IMG/VR virus record: IMGVR_UViG_3300019889_000014
Location: 23 to 64,022 of that record
Origin: a virus
Lineage: Duplodnaviria; Caudoviricetes
Reading direction: 5' to 3' (one strand)
DNA length: 64,000 nt
The translations under genes and the position numbers were made by a program. The notes beneath the pieces were generated by a model. That model worked only from the letters and a program-made list of their open reading frames with translations, ran no database searches and was not told the DNA's origin. Positions 1 to 8,396 of this stretch are shown piece by piece (position 1 is the first letter of the stretch; every line of letters starts with the position of its first letter).

Positions 1-15
1 ACAATGGAGAGGGAA

Positions 16-738
16 ATGAGCAAACGCGAGGATCTGCTGCGGCGCATCCGGGCTCTGATGGCAAAAACCACGGAGAACGGCTGCACCGAAGCGGAAGCCG
101 CGATGGCTGCGGCCCACGTCGACCGGTTGATGGGCGAGAACGATGTCGATCTGACGGATCTGGAAGTGCGGGATCAAACCTGTATCCAGATCAAGGTTCC
201 GACCGGCACCGGCAAATGGCATCCGGTCGAACAGGTCGTTGTCGCCGTGGCGAGTTTCACTGATACGAAGGTCTGGAAGACTGAAGGCCGGCTGAACACG
301 GACATCAACTTCTTCGGCCTGGCCACGGATGTCGAGATCGCGGAGTACCTGACCTACCTGTTCCGGCGTGCCTTGGAGCGGGAAACCGCTGCTGTCGGCA
401 TGCTGGACTTCAACTGGCAGCGCATGACGAACCTGCAACGGGCGAATGCCCGCGAGAGCTTCGGCCTCGGCATGGCCAAGCGCCTGTCGGAGCGGCTGAA
501 GGAGCTGAAGTCCAAGCGGGACTGGACCACGGAACACGCGACGGGTCGGTCGCTGATCGTGGTCAAGGGCGCGGTTGTGACGGAGCAATACGCGAAGCTG
601 AACCTGAACCTGACCTACGGCGGGGGCAAGGCAATCCGCGACCCGAACGCCTTCCGGGACGGCCAGAAAGCCGGCGACCGGGTGACGATCCAGCAGGGTG
701 TCGGTGACAGCTACGTGGCGCCCAAGGAAATCGCCTGA
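16..738 (+). CDS. DUF2786-domain phage protein
   Basis: N-terminal LLRRIRALMAKT..GCTEAEA..A motif typical of DUF2786; GGAGAGGG RBS before ATG 16. Confidence 0.75.
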   Translation: MSKREDLLRRIRALMAKTTENGCTEAEAAMAAAHVDRLMGENDVDLTDLEVRDQTCIQIKVPTGTGKWHPVEQVVVAVASFTDTKVWKTEGRLNTDINFFGLATDVEIAEYLTYLFRRALERETAAVGMLDFNWQRMTNLQRANARESFGLGMAKRLSERLKELKSKRDWTTEHATGRSLIVVKGAVVTEQYAKLNLNLTYGGGKAIRDPNAFRDGQKAGDRVTIQQGVGDSYVAPKEIA

Positions 739-740
739 AT

Positions 741-762
741 GGAGGGGGCCGCGGCCCCCTCC
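741..762 (+). other. GC-rich hairpin without U-tract, upstream of hammerhead 1
   Basis: GGAGGGGGCC-GC-GGCCCCCTCC; same stem recurs at 3080-3101. Confidence 0.7.
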
Positions 763-777
763 CCTTCCCCCTCTCCC

Positions 778-829
778 CCCGCCTGATGACGGCCACGGTG
801 ACACCTGGCCGAAACCCCTGGGTCGCGGG
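778..829 (+). ncRNA. Type I hammerhead ribozyme (HH1)
   Basis: Stem I CCCGC/GCGGG, core CUGAUGA 783-789 plus an extra C, stem II GGCCA/UGGCC, GAAA 811-814, short stem III ACC/GGU, GUC site, cleavage predicted after C824. Confidence 0.8.
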
Positions 830-864
830 AAGTCGAAAAACCCGTCTGCACAAGGAGAAAAACG

Positions 865-966
865 ATGTGGGAGACATTGGCCTATGGCCTGCCGATCGTC
901 GGCGCGGTCTGGAGCCTGGCGTACTGCCTGGCCGCCAGGAAGCGCAGCCGGAGGGCGAAGCCGTGA
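865..966 (+). CDS. 33-aa membrane peptide
   Basis: AGGAG RBS; MWETLAYGLPIVGAVWSLAYCLAARKRSRRAKP; TGATG coupling to next gene. Confidence 0.55.
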   Translation: MWETLAYGLPIVGAVWSLAYCLAARKRSRRAKP

Positions 967-1382
967 TGGGCTCGACAAGAAGGCCATGGATCGTTCGCGG
1001 CGAGGCTGACGACAGCGCCGACGCGGACACCAAAGCCCTCGGCATCGAGCCGGCCGAGGAAGGGACCGAGGGTGGGGGCTGGCCCTACTTCCTTCGGGAA
1101 GACCGGGAATTCGAACCCGGCCACGGCCCCCATTGGATCGCGCACGGCATCCAGAACCTGTCCGATGCGCGGCTGCTGTGTCGGCTGGCCAACGCCGAGC
1201 CTGGCCCGGAGTTCGCCAGCTGGGCATTGGCCAAGGCGTACCTGGCCGAGCGGGACTGGCGCTGCATCAACGAAGCGGCGCACCGCTACCGCTCGGCCGA
1301 CAACAAGCGGGAAGCGCGGATCTTCCCGATCACGCTGGGCCGGGCTCTTGTGATTGTGGACCTACCGGTCCCGCACGTGTGA
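966..1382 (+). CDS. hypothetical phage protein
   Basis: ORF coupled by TGATG overlap. Confidence 0.6.
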   Translation: MGSTRRPWIVRGEADDSADADTKALGIEPAEEGTEGGGWPYFLREDREFEPGHGPHWIAHGIQNLSDARLLCRLANAEPGPEFASWALAKAYLAERDWRCINEAAHRYRSADNKREARIFPITLGRALVIVDLPVPHV

Positions 1383-1431
1383 AATCGCGTGAGGGGCGCC
1401 AGCCCGGCGCCCCTCTCTTGGGGAGGGAGCC

Positions 1432-1596
1432 ATGGTTTTCTGTGTCCTGATGTTCCTGATGACGGCTGTTCCGGTCGCCTGCCCCTCTGTCGCGGCGCAG
1501 CCGGTGCCACACCCTGGAGACCCGGTTGCGATAGCGCCGGCCTGCGCGCCTCGGCCCGGCCTGCGGCCTGGAACGCCGCGCCGGGAATGCAAATAA
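1432..1596 (+). CDS. 54-aa peptide with hydrophobic N-terminus
   Basis: GGAGGGAG RBS; MVFCVLMFLMTAVPVACPSVAAQ...; stop directly abuts HH2. Confidence 0.5.
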   Translation: MVFCVLMFLMTAVPVACPSVAAQPVPHPGDPVAIAPACAPRPGLRPGTPRRECK

Positions 1597-1670
1597 CCTC
1601 GCCTGACGAGGCCGCCTGACCAGCGGCCGAAACGGCGCCGTCCGACATCGGATGGCGTCTTCGCGAGAGG
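1597..1670 (+). ncRNA. Type I hammerhead ribozyme (HH2)
   Basis: Stem I CUCGC/GCGAG, core CUGACGA 1603-1609, stem II GGCCGC/GCGGCC, GAAA 1629-1632, 11-bp stem III extension, UUC site, cleavage predicted after C1662. Confidence 0.75.
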
Positions 1671-1725
1671 TCACGACGGCGACAACCGCCGCACACCCTC
1701 TGGCACTGCACGATGGAGAGCAAGG

Positions 1726-1926
1726 ATGAGTTGGAAACCCGAAGTGATCGCGGATGGGTCCGGCCAGTTTGTCGGCAATCAGCTCCGTTTCGCCACCAAG
1801 GAGGAAGCGGAAGCCAATGCCGAGAGCCTGTCCAAGCGCTGGGTTCTGGTCCTGGACTGGCGCGCCACGGAGAGCACCGATCCGGTGAACTACGCCTGGC
1901 GCGACGGCACGCTGGTGTCCCTGTGA
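1726..1926 (+). CDS. small hypothetical phage protein
   Basis: GGAGAG RBS, GC3-rich codon usage. Confidence 0.7.
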   Translation: MSWKPEVIADGSGQFVGNQLRFATKEEAEANAESLSKRWVLVLDWRATESTDPVNYAWRDGTLVSL

Positions 1927-2081
1927 GCCGCCGGACGCGGGTGTCGGCCAGGCGCTACTCGGAGGAACGGGTGCGCATGGCTCTGCGGGAGATGCACGAG
2001 ACCGGCTTCGGGCGCATGTCGCGCTCGGAGCAGGCCGTCATCGTCTCGTATGAGCGGGGGCTGAGCCCATGCCCTACGTGA
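1923..2081 (+). CDS. small hypothetical protein
   Basis: GTGA overlap with upstream stop. Confidence 0.4.
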   Translation: MSRRTRVSARRYSEERVRMALREMHETGFGRMSRSEQAVIVSYERGLSPCPT

Positions 2082-2272
2082 CGCGGCACCATCGGCTCAA
2101 GCGCCCGCAGCTCGAGGCTATCAAAAAGCTCTGGCTGCGAAGCCCTGACGGCGAGACCAGCTACCGGATGTTCCGGAGCCGGTTCTACGACAGCCGGATG
2201 ATGGGCTGCGTCATGGGCCGCTGGTGCGGCATGGACATCGGCATCGAGGCCGATGGCCACACCCACACCTGA
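2069..2272 (+). CDS. small hypothetical phage protein
   Basis: Packed ORF, C-terminal WCGMDIGIEADGHTH. Confidence 0.6.
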   Translation: MPYVTRHHRLKRPQLEAIKKLWLRSPDGETSYRMFRSRFYDSRMMGCVMGRWCGMDIGIEADGHTHT

Positions 2273-2342
2273 CCGACGACGGGCCGGTTCCCGACAGGGG
2301 CCGGCCCGTTCTGTCTGCGATCACAGAACGAGGGGAAATGAG

Positions 2343-3077
2343 ATGACGACGAGAGCAACGTACATCGTCGGCGACATGCTGTTCTACGCGCACCATGACG
2401 GCTATCCGACCGGCGCGGCCGAGCGGTTCGCCCGGATGATCGACGCCTGGTACGTGCCGACCGACAGCCACCTGATGGAGGCCGCGGAGCACCCTGCCGG
2501 TGGCCTGGCCTTCGCGTTCATCCGGGGCAACCTGGATGTGCAGCTGGCCAACAGCCTGAAGGACCACGGCGACGCCGAGTTCGCGTATGTCGTGGGCCAG
2601 CGGGAAAGCGGCAAGATCGAGGTCACGGTCCGGAGCCGGGAGAGCAAGGAACCGGATCGAGGTGAACTGTCCGAGTGGATGGCGCACCAGCAGCGGAACC
2701 TTCGGAATGACCTGGCCACGTACTGGACAGACCACCCGGAGGATCGGCCGAACGACGTGAACGACGGCCGCTATACGATCATGCAGCAAGCGGCGCTCGA
2801 CGCAGCGGAAGCGATCCCGCTGATCGTCCGGATCGAGCGGCGCGAGCATGCCGGAACCGAGCCGCGGATCGTCTATGCGACGATCGACCAAGCGGCCCGG
2901 ATCAAGCACCGGCACGCGGTCGTGGCGAGCCGCATGGGCGAGTTGGCCAGCCCTGATGGCAAGAAGGCCGAGCAGCGGCGCATGCGCGAGGTGTTCCTGG
3001 CGATGCAGGCCGCGATCACCCTGGCCGAGGCTGTCGGTCTGACGGCACCGAAGCTGGAGACCGCCGAAGCGAACTGA
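2343..3077 (+). CDS. hypothetical phage protein (YxHxDGYP motif)
   Basis: GAGGGG RBS; N-terminal MTTRA...FYAHHDGYP. Confidence 0.7.
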   Translation: MTTRATYIVGDMLFYAHHDGYPTGAAERFARMIDAWYVPTDSHLMEAAEHPAGGLAFAFIRGNLDVQLANSLKDHGDAEFAYVVGQRESGKIEVTVRSRESKEPDRGELSEWMAHQQRNLRNDLATYWTDHPEDRPNDVNDGRYTIMQQAALDAAEAIPLIVRIERREHAGTEPRIVYATIDQAARIKHRHAVVASRMGELASPDGKKAEQRRMREVFLAMQAAITLAEAVGLTAPKLETAEAN

Positions 3078-3079
3078 AG

Positions 3080-3101
3080 GGAGGGGGCGAAAGCCCCCTC
3101 C
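3080..3101 (+). other. GC-rich GNRA hairpin without U-tract, upstream of hammerhead 3
   Basis: GGAGGGGGC-GAAA-GCCCCCTCC. Confidence 0.7.
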
Positions 3102-3105
3102 TCCT

Positions 3106-3163
3106 ATCCGCCTGACGAGTGCCTGGTCGGAAGCCAGGACGAAACCGGAAACGGTCGCGGGAT
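3106..3163 (+). ncRNA. Type I hammerhead ribozyme (HH3)
   Basis: Stem I UCCGC/GCGGG, core CUGACGA 3112-3118, stem II GU(G)CCUGG/CCAGGAC, GAAA 3141-3144, stem III ACCG-GAAA-CGGU, GUC site, cleavage predicted after C3156. Confidence 0.88.
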
Positions 3164-3190
3164 CTTCCGCAATGCACAATGGAGAGCACA

Positions 3191-3478
3191 ATGGATTACC
3201 GAATCGAGATCCACCCGGACGGGCGAAAGGTCGAGAAATTCGGCGAAAACGCCAAGGCGCCGACGCTGGAGGAAGCGCAGGCGTTCGTCGGGGGCTGGAT
3301 CGAGATCCAGACCATCCGGCTCGAAGGCCAGTCCGCCCAGATGGTCTTGAACGAGGAGGGCAAGCTGATGGACCTCCCGGTCAACCACCTGGCGACAGCC
3401 CTGTGGCTGGCCCAGGGGCACGCCGACGCGATCGTTGGCCCGGTCCTGCTGCTGACCGGCAAGGCGAGGCTGAAGTGA
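3191..3478 (+). CDS. DUF3846-like protein
   Basis: LEEAQAFVGGWIE...NEEGKLMDLPVN..AT...IVGPVLL pattern. Confidence 0.75.
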   Translation: MDYRIEIHPDGRKVEKFGENAKAPTLEEAQAFVGGWIEIQTIRLEGQSAQMVLNEEGKLMDLPVNHLATALWLAQGHADAIVGPVLLLTGKARLK

Positions 3479-3984
3479 TGGCCCGGCCGAAAGGTCCACC
3501 GGACCTGAAAGCCCTCGCCGACCTTGGCCTGAGCATGGCCGAGCAGACCATGCGGACCAAGGGCAGGCTGAAGCCGAGCCAGATCTATGCGGTCGACGGC
3601 GAAGCGAACCTCTACGTCATCGATTTCGAGATCGAGCAGTCGGCGATCCTGAAGGACATCTCGGCACTGAAACTGCGGGCGTTCTTCAAGGAAAAAAAGG
3701 TGGAGCGGTACGTCTTCGTCACCGAGGTCTGGTATCGCGTCGTCAGGACGAGAACACCGGAGGAAAGGCTCGCCGCCGCCAACAGTGTGCCGCCGTCCCA
3801 GGCGCCGGATCGGATGGAAGCGATCATCGCTGTCGGTCAGGACCGGCAGGGAACGGTCGAGTTGTGCCGGCCGATCCTGCGCACCGAGGGCGGGAAGTAC
3901 CGGGGCCTCGGCGAGCCCGAGACCATGGGGGACGTGTCCGTCGGCCGGTTCGCCAACATGCTGCCACGGGACGCCCTGCAATGA
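3478..3984 (+). CDS. hypothetical protein
   Basis: TGATG coupling, codon usage. Confidence 0.65.
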   Translation: MARPKGPPDLKALADLGLSMAEQTMRTKGRLKPSQIYAVDGEANLYVIDFEIEQSAILKDISALKLRAFFKEKKVERYVFVTEVWYRVVRTRTPEERLAAANSVPPSQAPDRMEAIIAVGQDRQGTVELCRPILRTEGGKYRGLGEPETMGDVSVGRFANMLPRDALQ

Positions 3985-4202
3985 CCGACACCGATCTTGT
4001 CGGGATCATCAACACGAAGCTCAACGAGCTGCTGTCGGCCCTGATCCAGGTCCGCGGGGGCCAGGAGTTCGTGAAGTTCGCGGAGCAGTTGCGCGAGCGG
4101 TCCGCCAAGACGGCTGTGTTTGGCCTGAAGGGCTATCAGAACAGCGTGATCATGGACGCCGTCGCGGACGCAATTGATCCGCCCAACGGAAAGGAAAGCT
4201 GA
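3981..4202 (+). CDS. hypothetical protein
   Basis: ATGA overlap. Confidence 0.55.
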   Translation: MTDTDLVGIINTKLNELLSALIQVRGGQEFVKFAEQLRERSAKTAVFGLKGYQNSVIMDAVADAIDPPNGKES

Positions 4203-4203
4203 C

Positions 4204-4398
4204 ATGAAGAAAATCACCCTCCGAATGGAGGTCGACGACAAGGTCGAGCGGGCCGAGGTCGACAGCCTCTACGACGCCGGCAGCCAGGTGGCGTCGTTCA
4301 TTCGGCACCTGGACCTGGAGAAGCACACCGACGCCGAGATCGGGATCACGGTGACGATCGAAGACAAGCCCGGCACTGGGTCGAGCGGGGAGTTCTAG
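4204..4398 (+). CDS. hypothetical protein
   Basis: AGGA RBS, packed ORF. Confidence 0.55.
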   Translation: MKKITLRMEVDDKVERAEVDSLYDAGSQVASFIRHLDLEKHTDAEIGITVTIEDKPGTGSSGEF

Positions 4399-4499
4399 CC
4401 GAGCGCGCAAGGCCGCCCTGCCGGGAGGAGCAGGACGGCCCTCGCGACCGACTTCTTTGCAGATTTTGCAAACAACGGCCGCACAAGGAGAACTGCACA

Positions 4500-4886
4500 A
4501 TGGCAAGAAGGTCAGAACGAACCGACCTCCTGAACCGGATTCAAACGCCGGTTCTGGTGGAGGACCGCACGGTCTGCAACAGCTCCGGGGTCAGCATTTT
4601 CATGGCTGCCACATCACGCGAAGCTGAAGACCTGGCGTTCCTGATCAACACGGGTGCCGAGACGGTACGGAACTCCGCGCGGCCGGTGCGAATGCAGGCA
4701 GCATTCGTGCCGCGCGACGGCGATGCCGCCCACCGCAGCGGCCACCGGCTGGAGGACAACCCGTTCCCGGTCGACACCCGCGACCACGATCTATGGGACA
4801 GCGACTGGGAGTTCCGGCACGACCATTGCGGGCATAGCGCAGCAGATGCCCCCGGCGGGCGTCTCGACCCGGCGAGGAAGCGATGA
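4500..4886 (+). CDS. hypothetical protein
   Basis: AAGGAG RBS. Confidence 0.6.
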   Translation: MARRSERTDLLNRIQTPVLVEDRTVCNSSGVSIFMAATSREAEDLAFLINTGAETVRNSARPVRMQAAFVPRDGDAAHRSGHRLEDNPFPVDTRDHDLWDSDWEFRHDHCGHSAADAPGGRLDPARKR

Positions 4887-5230
4887 CCGCCCCCTGGCGA
4901 TACCAGCACGTCGGCGCCTACCTGGCCGCCGTGCGCCGGGCGCACGCCGCGCTGGCAGCGGGCAAGCGCATCCGGATGTGGTGGGGCGACTGGGAAGGGG
5001 TCGACCGCGCCGGGTTCCGCAAGGAATTCGTCGCGGCCCTGCACCGGCGCATCACCCGGAAAGTCGAGCCGGACCCGAGGGGCCGGAAAGACAGCCAGGA
5101 ATACCGGACCGGCATGCTGCGGGACAAATACCGCCTGATCGACAGCGCCCGTCGCATCCGGATCTACGAGTTCGAGACCGACGACTGCCGGCGCCGCTTC
5201 GGCGACCGGCTGGCAACCCGTGACGAATAG
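4883..5230 (+). CDS. hypothetical protein
   Basis: ATGA overlap. Confidence 0.6.
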   Translation: MTAPWRYQHVGAYLAAVRRAHAALAAGKRIRMWWGDWEGVDRAGFRKEFVAALHRRITRKVEPDPRGRKDSQEYRTGMLRDKYRLIDSARRIRIYEFETDDCRRRFGDRLATRDE

Positions 5231-5239
5231 GAGGCAACC

Positions 5240-5593
5240 ATGAGCGAAAACGAGGCCGCCATGGACCAGCTGGTTACCAAGCTGGTCCATGAACTGACGG
5301 CGACCATGCACCGCTGGGGTGACGAAGCCGAGGCCGCCGGCATGAACCCTGACGACCTCGGCCCGCTGAACATGGCCGGGCTGATCGAGATGGCCGGGCG
5401 CTTCATCGCCTATGTCGTGGCTCCGACGAGCTACGAGGACGTGAAGGTGAAGTTCGCGGAACGGCTCGACGAAGCCATCGCCCGGCACGCGCCGGACGCC
5501 GCCGCAGCCCTCCGGACGCAGCAGACCATCGAGGGCATGAAAGCCAGATTGGCCGCCAGAATCCGGTCAACGCGGGATGGTGGCACAGAGTGA
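5240..5593 (+). CDS. hypothetical protein
   Basis: GGAGG RBS. Confidence 0.65.
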   Translation: MSENEAAMDQLVTKLVHELTATMHRWGDEAEAAGMNPDDLGPLNMAGLIEMAGRFIAYVVAPTSYEDVKVKFAERLDEAIARHAPDAAAALRTQQTIEGMKARLAARIRSTRDGGTE

Positions 5594-5721
5594 CAGAAAT
5601 CGGCCCCCAAGCCACAACAGCCTGGGGGCCAGTCTAACTGCACAATGGTGGCGCGAGCGCCACGCCGCAATGTCGGCTGCGCATCCGCCGAACACAAGCA
5701 CCAAAAAAGAGGAGAAGGGAA

Positions 5722-6624
5722 ATGACTGTCCTGAATTCGGGCATCTCGTGGTGTACCGGTACACTGAATCTGACGGTCGGCTGCGACAAGGTCTCACCCG
5801 GCTGCGACTTCTGCTATGCGGAAGCCCTGGTCCACAAGCTGTCCAAGACCTTCGGCCCGGAGCCGTTCTCGACGCTGCGGTTCCACCCGCAGCGGCTGCG
5901 CGACCTCCGGAAGTTCAAGCCGTTCTTGGGGCCTGACGGGCTGCTGTGCCCGGCGCTGGTCTTCGTCAACTCGCTGTCGGATTTCTTCCATCCCGGCATC
6001 CCGGACGACTTCATCCACACGGCTCTGGACACGTTCGAGGAACACCCGACAACGATCCTCCAGATCCTGACCAAGCGGCCCGTCAGGGCTCGCGAGGTGA
6101 TCGTGCAGCGCTACAAGGGCCGAGGCGTGCCGGACAACCTGTGGTTCGGAACCTCCGTCGAAGACGATCGCGTGGCCGGGCGCCTGAACATCATGCGCAA
6201 GGCCAAGGACCGGGTCGGGGGCTTCACCCTGTTCGTGTCGATCGAGCCGCTGATCGGCCCGCTCGACCGCGTCGACCTGACCGACGTGGACTGGGTGCTG
6301 ACCGGGGGCGAGTCCGGCAACCACTGCCGGGACATGGACTTCGGCTGGCTGGTGATGGCGCACATGAAAACGCGCCTGGCTGGGGGAGCGCTGCACTTCA
6401 AGCAGTTCGGCCACCCGCGGAACAACCCGCTGGTCCAGGAAGCAATGCGCCATGGCCGCATGTCGGCCACGGCCGCGTTCGACTGGGTGTGCAAACGGGG
6501 CCTCGAGCTGGCTCCCGAGGAGAAGGGTGGGGCGACCTATAACGGCGCCATCATCCGCGAGAAGCCGGCAGCGTATGACCGGGTCAAGGCGAAGCTGAAC
6601 CTGCAGCCGGCGCGGCTGCTGTGA
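5722..6624 (+). CDS. DUF5131 / phage Gp37Gp68 family three-Cys protein
   Basis: GCDKVSPGCDFCYAE, FVNSLSDFFH, QILTKRP, SIEPLIGP, WVLTGGESG, FKQFG motifs. Confidence 0.9.
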   Translation: MTVLNSGISWCTGTLNLTVGCDKVSPGCDFCYAEALVHKLSKTFGPEPFSTLRFHPQRLRDLRKFKPFLGPDGLLCPALVFVNSLSDFFHPGIPDDFIHTALDTFEEHPTTILQILTKRPVRAREVIVQRYKGRGVPDNLWFGTSVEDDRVAGRLNIMRKAKDRVGGFTLFVSIEPLIGPLDRVDLTDVDWVLTGGESGNHCRDMDFGWLVMAHMKTRLAGGALHFKQFGHPRNNPLVQEAMRHGRMSATAAFDWVCKRGLELAPEEKGGATYNGAIIREKPAAYDRVKAKLNLQPARLL

Positions 6625-6637
6625 AAGGAGGACGAGC

Positions 6638-6916
6638 ATGACGATTGACGACGCGATCCGCGAGCACGGCGCCCTCAAGGTCTACCTCGCCTGCGACGGC
6701 GGGCCTGGCTGCCCCGAGCGCATGGTAGCGCTCGGCCTGCCCGAGCCGCAGACCATGGACGATGTGTTCCAGGCGATGAAAGCCGCCTATGCCGCCATGA
6801 CGCCGCAGGAGCAGGCCGAGGAGGACCGGCACGACGACGTTCGCGGCCGATACCTCGCCTCGGCCAGCAAAGCCGGCGTGGGGGCGCCGCGCATGCCACG
6901 AGGGAGAGACCGATGA
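6638..6916 (+). CDS. hypothetical protein
   Basis: AGGAGG RBS. Confidence 0.6.
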   Translation: MTIDDAIREHGALKVYLACDGGPGCPERMVALGLPEPQTMDDVFQAMKAAYAAMTPQEQAEEDRHDDVRGRYLASASKAGVGAPRMPRGRDR

Positions 6917-7293
6917 GGACCGTACCCAATCCCGAAGGCTTGCCGGCCATCGTCGGCCGGCGCATCCGGGAACTGCGAAAGCAGCGGCGCATGAGCCTGG
7001 AGGAGCTTGCGCAAGCCGTCGGCCGCGGCAAGGCCGCCGTCTCGCGCTACGAGCGCGCCGAGATGGCGATGACGCTGGAGATCCTGGCCTCGCTGGCGTC
7101 TGCCCTGAAGACCACGCCGGGCGCCCTGGTGGCCGGCGCGGAGCCGGAGTGCGAGTGCTTCGGCGAGAGCGGCATCTATGCCAGCACGCATGTCCGCGAC
7201 GGCCGCCTGCGCTGCGACCTGTGCGGGCGACCCGTGCGGACAGGCGCCGTCGATGCCATGACCGTTATCAACCGAGGAGGAGTGATCGGATGA
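6913..7293 (+). CDS. XRE-family HTH regulator with C-terminal Cys cluster
   Basis: GRRIRELRKQRRMSLEELAQAVG...VSRYER; CEC...CDLCG. Confidence 0.8.
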   Translation: MRTVPNPEGLPAIVGRRIRELRKQRRMSLEELAQAVGRGKAAVSRYERAEMAMTLEILASLASALKTTPGALVAGAEPECECFGESGIYASTHVRDGRLRCDLCGRPVRTGAVDAMTVINRGGVIG

Positions 7294-7703
7294 GATACAT
7301 TGTCGTGTTCGACAAACGACACGGCTGGGCCGTCGCCCACTGGTGGTCGCAATCGCGGCGACCGGACGCGACGCTCCAGGAGGACGTGACCCCGACGTTC
7401 CTGGTCACCGGCGAATGGTCGGACAGCCATCTCACCGCCGAGAAGGAGGCCGACCGGCTGAACGGCGCAAAGGAGGCTGATCGAGTGACGAACCCGACCT
7501 TTGACGACCTGGAAAACGGGGATCTGTTCCACTGGGTAAGCGCTCGCGGGCCAGGCCGATTCCAGATGGAGAAGATCGACGCGACGCACTATCGGCCGGT
7601 CACGGGGCCGAACGCCCTCGATATGTGTCCTGCCGGATCGATGGGCGACAGCCAGGTGATGCGAGCACGACCAGCTGCGCCCGAGCCGAAGGAGGCGAAG
7701 TGA
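7290..7703 (+). CDS. hypothetical protein
   Basis: GGAGGAG RBS, ATGA overlap. Confidence 0.6.
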   Translation: MRYIVVFDKRHGWAVAHWWSQSRRPDATLQEDVTPTFLVTGEWSDSHLTAEKEADRLNGAKEADRVTNPTFDDLENGDLFHWVSARGPGRFQMEKIDATHYRPVTGPNALDMCPAGSMGDSQVMRARPAAPEPKEAK

Positions 7704-7864
7704 GGAAGCCCACGATCTATGAAGTTCTGGTCACGAAACTCGGCCGCGTGCCGACGCATCGTGAACAGTGCGACGAGGTCGCGCGCATCCTGCGTGAGGC
7801 TCACATTGAGGCAGACCAGGAGCGCGCGGCAAACGGCACCATGCCGCATCAGCGGAAGAGGTAA
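7700..7864 (+). CDS. small hypothetical protein
   Basis: GGAGG RBS, GTGA overlap. Confidence 0.55.
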   Translation: MRKPTIYEVLVTKLGRVPTHREQCDEVARILREAHIEADQERAANGTMPHQRKR

Positions 7865-7871
7865 TCGAGCC

Positions 7872-8072
7872 ATGACAGAGAAGCGCCGTTGGTGGGTCGG
7901 TCTGCACCGGACCCTGCTGCAGACCGCCGAAGTGACCGTCGAGGCCGACACCAAGGAGGAAGCCGAAAAGCTGGCCTTGCAGCAAGCGGCTTCGGGGATA
8001 AGCGCCACTGAATGGATGGAGCCCAGGGTGAAAGAGACCACCGTGAATTACGCCGAGGAAGCGACCGACTGA
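7872..8072 (+). CDS. small hypothetical protein
   Basis: GAGG RBS; VEADTKEEAEKLA motif. Confidence 0.6.
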   Translation: MTEKRRWWVGLHRTLLQTAEVTVEADTKEEAEKLALQQAASGISATEWMEPRVKETTVNYAEEATD

Positions 8073-8396
8073 TCACCGCGGCTGGTCCTGAAACACGGTG
8101 ATGATCCGCCGGAGGTCTTCGTCGTAGACTACGTACCGCATCGAGCCGTTGATGAAGACGGAGCAGGTTAGCCGGCTCCGTCCAAGGTGTTCGATGATCC
8201 CGGCCGTCGACTCTGGTCCAGAAGGTCGACGGCCGGTCTTCTCCTTTCGCCAGCGACGCAGCGCGAGCCGGATCGAAGCCTCGGCCTCGGCACGGGTTGC
8301 CTCATCCAGGTCGATTCCGTGGCGCTGCTGCGCCCGGTCGCTGGCATGCTGTTCCGCCCGATCGCGGGACCGGCGGTCCCGAGGTGCGTCGCTCAG
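8073..8396 (-). CDS. hypothetical protein, start uncertain
   Basis: HASDRAQQRHGIDL...YVVYD...IITV looks protein-like; no ATG/GTG near the upstream stop. Confidence 0.4.
   Translation of the reverse strand: MSDAPRDRRSRDRAEQHASDRAQQRHGIDLDEATRAEAEASIRLALRRWRKEKTGRRPSGPESTAGIIEHLGRSRLTCSVFINGSMRYVVYDEDLRRIITVFQDQPR

Noticed and set aside
1456-1480. CTGATGA as a fourth hammerhead core
   Set aside because: No GAAA after the putative stem II and no stem I/III; lies inside the 1432-1596 ORF
2273-2342. Long hairpins after the 2272 stop as another ribozyme
   Set aside because: CTGACCGA does not fit CUGANGA and no GAAA-stem III follows; only simple hairpins
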